From the NCBI GenBank assembly GCA_038524555.1, contig JBCBIN010000001.1, positions 1 to 35,378 on the forward strand: 35,378 nt of DNA, given 5' to 3'. Of this stretch, positions 30,687 through 35,378 are shown piece by piece. The stretch's first letter is position 1. The number at the start of each line of letters is the position of its first letter. This DNA is from Cyanobacteria bacterium J06623_7. Its GTDB lineage: Bacteria > Cyanobacteriota > Cyanobacteriia > Cyanobacteriales > Xenococcaceae. Under the pieces are notes generated by a model. That model was not told the DNA's origin and searched no databases. It saw only the letters and a program-made list of their open reading frames with translations. The position numbers were made by a program, and so were the translations under genes.

Positions 30687-31352
30687 ATGAGCGAGCAGAA
30701 ATTAGGATTTTCTATTAGACCCTATAAACGAGAGGACTCTGATGCAGTAAAGCAGTTATGCTGTGAATCTTTGAGAATATTAGGTGCGAATGTATATAGC
30801 CCACGGCAAATTGAGGCATTAGTATCTCGCTACTCAACTGAATTACATGATGGGCAAACAGAATTAATCAATAATATTTTTGCCTTTATTGAAACTATTG
30901 CTCCTTTAGACACGGATAAACCGAATATTGTTGTCGCTCATCTTGAAGAACGCATTATTGGCTATGCTTCCATAATTGTTGGTTCTGGCTGGTTTACAAA
31001 CGATAGTCTATTAGCCGAACTATTCGTTCATCCTGAATATACGCGTCGAGGGATAGGAACAAAGCTCTTGCAGACTTTAGAAGCGAATGTCACTGATAAT
31101 TCTCAAGTAATTAAAATAGGCGCAACTCTTATAGGCGAATCTTTCTACCAAGCAAATGGATACCGAATGGTAGAGCGGCATAGTTCTTTTTTCAATGGAG
31201 TACGTATACCTTTTGTCTCGATGGAAAAATGGCTGACTCCGCCATCCGAGATTGAGAAAATTATTTGGGATACATCTCAGCAGGGGGTGAGAAATATAGA
31301 GTGGCTGGCAACAGAAACGGAAGCGTTATTTAGAGGGATATTTGAGGCGTAA
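30687..31352 (+). CDS. GNAT-family N-acetyltransferase
   Basis: Acetyl-CoA motif A 'LFVHPEYTRRGIGTKLL' and 'FYQANGY'. Confidence 0.85.
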   Translation: MSEQKLGFSIRPYKREDSDAVKQLCCESLRILGANVYSPRQIEALVSRYSTELHDGQTELINNIFAFIETIAPLDTDKPNIVVAHLEERIIGYASIIVGSGWFTNDSLLAELFVHPEYTRRGIGTKLLQTLEANVTDNSQVIKIGATLIGESFYQANGYRMVERHSSFFNGVRIPFVSMEKWLTPPSEIEKIIWDTSQQGVRNIEWLATETEALFRGIFEA

Positions 31353-31396
31353 GCTTAAATCCTTAGAGCTTAGAGTTATCCAATAGCTATCTCAAT

Positions 31397-31431
31397 AAAA
31401 AAGGATCTGACAATTGATGCCGATCCTTTTT
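31397..31431. terminator. Bidirectional intrinsic terminator between convergent GNAT and sigA
   Basis: AAAAAGGATC (31398-31407) / GATCCTTTTT (31422-31431), a perfect 10-bp inverted repeat. Confidence 0.75.
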
Positions 31432-31464
31432 CGTTTCTATCTAAAGACAGATGAGCTCGTTTGC

Positions 31465-32584
31465 TTAACGGATGTACTCTTTTAGTATGCTGTTGCGGTT
31501 GGGATGACGCAGCTTACGTAAAGCTTTTGCTTCAATTTGGCGGATGCGTTCCCGAGTGACATTAAAGATTTGACCGATTTCCTCTAATGTTTTCATGCGA
31601 CCATCATCCAAGCCATAGCGTAGGCGTAGGACATCACGTTCTCTGGGGCTGAGAGTATCAAGCACACTCTCTAGGTCTTCTCTCAATAGGCTTTTAGAGA
31701 CCTGATCTTCTGGAGTTTCCCCATCAGCCTCGATGAAATCACCCAAACGGGAGTCTTCTTCTTTCCCGATCGGCGTTTCTAAAGATATAGGCAACTGGGC
31801 GGATTTAGCAATAAATCTAAGCTTCTCGATCGTCATTTCCATGCGAGTAGCAATTTCTTCTTCGGTAGGCTTGCGACCTCTTTCTTGAGAAAGTAATTTA
31901 GTAGTTTTTTTAATACGGGAAATAGTTTCATAAAGGTGAACGGGAAGGCGAATTGTCCGAGACTGATCGGCGATCGCTCTAGTAATTGCCTGTCTAATCC
32001 ACCAAGTAGCATAAGTAGAAAATTTATAGCCTTTTTCGTGATCGAATTTTTCAGCAGCTCTAATTAGACCCAAAGAACCTTCTTGGATTAAATCCTGGAA
32101 TGATAAACCACGGTTCATGTATTTTTTCGCAATAGATACCACCAAACGCAGGTTTGACTGTACCATCTTGTCTTTAGCGCGGCGACCAATAAATAAGCGA
32201 CGGCGGAATTTACGATATTCCATGTCTACTTCTCTCGCCCACTCTTCGTCAGTAGCTTCTCTACCCAAGCCATCTTCCAGACTATCCTTAAGTCTTTCCA
32301 ATTCGAGTAAATCGGCAATTTGGCGTGCTAATTCAATTTCTTCTTCTGCTCTCAAAAGGCGGATGCGACCAATCTCTTGAAGGTAAATACGAATAGAATC
32401 TTCTGTGTAGGGCTTCTTTCTACCTCGCTCGGCTTTTTTAGTGGTGCTGGCTTTCTTTTTACCCTTCGCGGCTGGCTTGATATCTACAGTATCCTGATTC
32501 TTTTTTCGATCCTCTTCAATTAAGCTCTCCCAATCGATTTCCAGGATTGGCGATTGTTGCTAGAACTTGATTAGCTTGGGTCAT
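31465..32584 (-). CDS. sigA: Group 1 principal sigma factor SigA/RpoD; contains an apparent +1 frameshift near 32541
   Basis: Regions 1.2-4.2 are intact ('[19 protein letters not shown]', '[17 protein letters not shown]', '[21 protein letters not shown]', '[10 protein letters not shown]'). The natural start MTQANQVL is at 32584 with an AAGAGG RBS, one base out of frame with the rest. Confidence 0.93.
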
Positions 32585-33128
32585 GCCGTTTTCCTCTTGC
32601 TCCTTCAGTGAAAAAATAATAATAGTGGTTTTGGTAAAGTTTAGTTAAGCAAAAGCCTAACTAGTGTCTAATTACACTTCTATTGTTCTTGAGGTTTAAG
32701 AACTCGCTACCTGCTTTTAAACCGCGACGTAACCAGTTAAATCCCCAGTAAAGCTAACTATCTAGTGAGTAAAATCAACTAGAAATTGGCAATTGTTTTC
32801 CGATTTTAGCCTCGATTGTTATAAATTTGGTGAAGTTTAGACAGGAATCTGCAAATATTTCTCTAAGTTTTATAAAGAAGTTGCAAAGTTTCCTTCTGTT
32901 ACGCTCCTTTGGCATTGTAAGCAATTTAATAAAAAATAACACGAATTGATTTTTGCGCTGTACACGATCTATTCAGCCAAAAGTTGCCACCTTACCAAGT
33001 TAGTTTTTACTAAATAATCTCACATTATGCCCTCTGGGGGGATTGTAAAGTGTGATCGATTTTCATTATTACTAAATAGAGGCAGAAAAATCACACATCA
33101 AAATCTTTTGCTCGGAGAAACTTTAAAC

Positions 33129-33971
33129 ATGAAAAAGATGCGTATAATTGCTTACGGAATTGCCGTAAGTTCGCTTTTGGCAACCGGAATTATTAGCTCA
33201 GAATCGGCAAAAACGATCGCGGCATCTACAGAGACAGGAAACTTAACTCTGGTTGCTAATGGAGAAGATTTTGTACGCCAGGGTTTTGTAAGTAAGGATG
33301 GCTGGCAAATAGACTTCGAGCATTTATATGTCAATGTCGGTTCGGCGATCGCCTATTCCAGTGAGTCAGCCTTTGAACCGCAGAAAAACGCCACGAAGGA
33401 AGATATTAATTATCAAAACCGCATCGAGCTAGTTAGTGAGCCACAAATAGCTGATTTAGCCGCCGGTACTGCTGATGCGCCCCCCATTACCGTCGCCGCG
33501 AGTGAAGTACCGATTGATTTTTATAATGCTCTAGCTTGGTCGGTAGATACTGCCGGGGCAGATAGTCCCATCGCTGGTCAGACAATTGTCATGATTGGTC
33601 GCGCGGCTAAAGATGGTCAAACCATTGACTTTAATTTAGGTCTCAATCACCCTACTGCCTACGTTTGCGGCGAATTTGTGGGTGATGAGCGTCAAGGAAT
33701 AGTTACGGCGGAGAGTGCGGGAACGACAGAAATGACTTTCCATTTCGACCATATTTTTGGTGATGCCGATACCCCCCCAGAGGATGCTTTAAATCTTCAT
33801 GCCTTAGGATTTGAGCCTCTGGCAGAGCTAGCGAGCAACAATACTGTTCAGCTTGATGACCAAGAGCTAGAAGCGCAACTATCAGCCCCTGATTATCAGC
33901 AGTTAACCGAGACGATCGCTGATTTGGGTCATGTCGGCGAGGGTCATTGTGTTGTGACCAATTCACAATAA
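33129..33971 (+). CDS. Exported protein associated with the Co/Ni ECF transporter (DUF4382-like)
   Basis: Signal peptide from the ATG at 33129 (GGAG RBS), 'ANGEDFVRQGFVSKDGW', 'TFHFDHIFGD' and C-terminal 'GHVGEGHC'. First gene of the cbiM operon. Confidence 0.75.
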   Translation: MKKMRIIAYGIAVSSLLATGIISSESAKTIAASTETGNLTLVANGEDFVRQGFVSKDGWQIDFEHLYVNVGSAIAYSSESAFEPQKNATKEDINYQNRIELVSEPQIADLAAGTADAPPITVAASEVPIDFYNALAWSVDTAGADSPIAGQTIVMIGRAAKDGQTIDFNLGLNHPTAYVCGEFVGDERQGIVTAESAGTTEMTFHFDHIFGDADTPPEDALNLHALGFEPLAELASNNTVQLDDQELEAQLSAPDYQQLTETIADLGHVGEGHCVVTNSQ

Positions 33972-34106
33972 GCAAAAAAACTAAACACTAACTTGATGTT
34001 TTGTGTCTAAAATTGCCGAATCTTGACAATAACGGCGCTAAACAGCCCGATTTAGCGTAGAAATTCTACAATTGTAGTTAATTCCAGGTCGCCCTAAAGT
34101 GCTTTT

Positions 34107-34577
34107 ATGATTAGGCTTTACTTCTGTCTGGCAATCTTAACGTTGCTCTCAATTCCAGAAAAAACATTAGCTCATGGTGCCAAGATTCAGTATCGTCAAA
34201 CATCAGCGATCGCTATTCAGGCTAAATATGATGATGGGACACCCATGGCAAATGCTCAGGTAGTCATTTATGCGCCTAGCGATCGCACAAATCCCTGGTT
34301 AAAAGGTGAAACCGACGCAGAAGGAAACTTTAGCTTTATCCCCGATACCGAGCCGCACAATATTGGTAACTGGGATGTCAAAGTCCGTCAATCAGGACAC
34401 GGAAATATTACCAGTATTCCGATCAATCGGGGTAATTTGACTCAGACAACTGCCACGCAACTTGCATCTGCCGGTGCGGGTTATTCTCTATCACAAAAGA
34501 TAGTGATGGCGGCGGCAGTTGGCTGGGGATTTGTCGGTACGACGTTATTTTTTGCTCGCCCCAAGTCCGATAGATAG
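34107..34577 (+). CDS. Membrane-anchored accessory protein of the Co/Ni transporter (CbiL/NikL-like, carboxypeptidase-regulatory-like fold)
   Basis: Signal peptide ending '..TLA-HG', 'G.TD.EG.FSF.P' and a C-terminal TM segment. Ends 15 nt upstream of cbiM. Confidence 0.75.
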   Translation: MIRLYFCLAILTLLSIPEKTLAHGAKIQYRQTSAIAIQAKYDDGTPMANAQVVIYAPSDRTNPWLKGETDAEGNFSFIPDTEPHNIGNWDVKVRQSGHGNITSIPINRGNLTQTTATQLASAGAGYSLSQKIVMAAAVGWGFVGTTLFFARPKSDR

Positions 34578-34592
34578 TTTATTTTTAGCTGC

Positions 34593-35240
34593 ATGCATAT
34601 TCCTGACGGTTTTCTTCCCCCTCAAGTTTGCCTTGCCGGTTACGCTCTCACCGGTGGAGTCACCTGGTATTGTCTGAAAAAGATCGAGCGAGATCGCTAT
34701 ACTCAAGCCAATATACCCAAAGCTTCTTTGCTTACCGCCGCTTTTTTTGTCGCTTCCCTGGTGAGCATTCCCGTTCCGCCTACAAGCGTGCATTTAATTT
34801 TTAATGGCTTGATGGGTGCAGTGCTGGGCTACTATGCTTTTCCGGCAATCCTGATTGGTCTATTTTTTCAGGCAGTCATGTTTCAACATGGAGGTATGTC
34901 CACCCTCGGCATCAACGCCATAATTATTGGCACTCCAGCGATCGCCGCCTATCATTTGTTTCGTCAGCGAGAACACCTACAGAATAAGCCTAAGCAGAGG
35001 CAGTTATTGAACAAAGTTTTGTCTTTTGCCGCCGGTGCGGGAGCGTTAATCTTATCAGCGCTCATTTTTGCCGTGTTATTGATTACCTACATTTCTCCCG
35101 ATTTAGATGTCAATGCCGAAAGAACCGCAATTTTAGTTTCTTTGAGTGGTTATGGCATCCAGGCGATCGTTGAAGGTCTATTTGCCGTCATGCTGATCTC
35201 ATTTTTAGAACAGGTCAAACCGGAGCTATTGAAAGGATAA
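34593..35240 (+). CDS. cbiM: Cobalt/nickel ECF transporter substrate component CbiM/NikM
   Basis: Diagnostic N-terminus MHIPDGFL, plus 'TSVHL' and 'HGG.STLG.N'. Confidence 0.93.
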   Translation: MHIPDGFLPPQVCLAGYALTGGVTWYCLKKIERDRYTQANIPKASLLTAAFFVASLVSIPVPPTSVHLIFNGLMGAVLGYYAFPAILIGLFFQAVMFQHGGMSTLGINAIIIGTPAIAAYHLFRQREHLQNKPKQRQLLNKVLSFAAGAGALILSALIFAVLLITYISPDLDVNAERTAILVSLSGYGIQAIVEGLFAVMLISFLEQVKPELLKG

Positions 35241-35287
35241 AATAACTAGCGATCGGCAATTAGTAATCAATAATCAATAATTATTTA

Positions 35288-35378
35288 ATGAAATTAATTT
35301 TAGATCGATATGCTTATTTAGATTCTCCAGTTCACCGCTGGCATCAAGGCTATAAACTAGTTGGCTTATTGAGTTTAA
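35288..35378 (+). CDS. cbiQ: Cobalt/nickel ECF transporter T component CbiQ, 5' partial (runs off window)
   Basis: The ATG at 35288 reads MKLILDRYAYLDSPVHRWHQGYKLVGLLSL, matching the CbiQ 'S.IH.W....K' N-terminal motif. Follows cbiM. Not in the ORF track. Confidence 0.8.
   Translation, partial: MKLILDRYAYLDSPVHRWHQGYKLVGLLSL

Larger units (their letters stand above)
1752..34945. repeat. Dispersed HIP1 octamers (GCGATCGC)
   Basis: About 30 copies counted by eye (e.g. 1752, 2322, 3132, 4594, 5113, 11551, 21331, 22969, 22999, 34938). Fewer than one is expected by chance in 35 kb. Confidence 0.95.

Noticed and set aside
31465-32355. 296-aa sigma factor starting at TTG 32355, as in the ORF track
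   Set aside because: The start falls inside conserved region 1.2. Homologous coding sequence continues upstream to the out-of-frame ATG at 32584.
33027-33128. N-terminal 34 codons of the 314-aa ORF
   Set aside because: The signal peptide and GGAG RBS point to the ATG at 33129 as the real start.
34023-34051. Internal sigma70 promoter from a perfect TTGACA
   Set aside because: No -10 hexamer at 16-18 nt spacing.
1-35378. CRISPR arrays, IS/transposases, prophage, tRNA/rRNA, defence systems
   Set aside because: I saw no regularly spaced repeats, transposase/integrase motifs or structural RNA signatures.

Overview
A 35.4-kb chromosomal window from a cyanobacterium: it carries psaD and crtQ, and I counted about 30 HIP1 GCGATCGC sites by eye. 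It is mostly housekeeping. In order: anti-sigma/sigG/cdgR(ComFB)/M23 peptidase, DICT-GAF histidine kinase, psaD, trpE, a conserved hypothetical, crtQ plus an SRPBCC protein, a TrkA/RCK ion channel, a PucC-family MFS transporter, lepA, an orphan ribbon-helix-helix protein, a GAF histidine kinase, GT2, surE, a thiO-thiG fusion, a GDP-fucose/surface-glycan cluster (fcl, gmd, priming sugar transferase, GT4, ArnT/GT39), ssb, an SPFH protein, a GNAT, sigA, and the start of a Co/Ni ECF transporter operon (cbiM, partial cbiQ). I saw no mobile element, CRISPR array, tRNA or rRNA, and I cannot claim a clear-cut new multi-gene system. The best leads are a +1 frameshift in the 5' end of the essential sigA gene, a hypothetical protein resembling the DnaD/DnaB_2 domain, a channel with a non-canonical TGAGG filter and a structured leader, an orphan RHH protein in front of a kinase, and several regulatory motifs (SigG-type promoter, LexA-like box, HLR1-like site). 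All protein calls come from motif recognition, not database searches.
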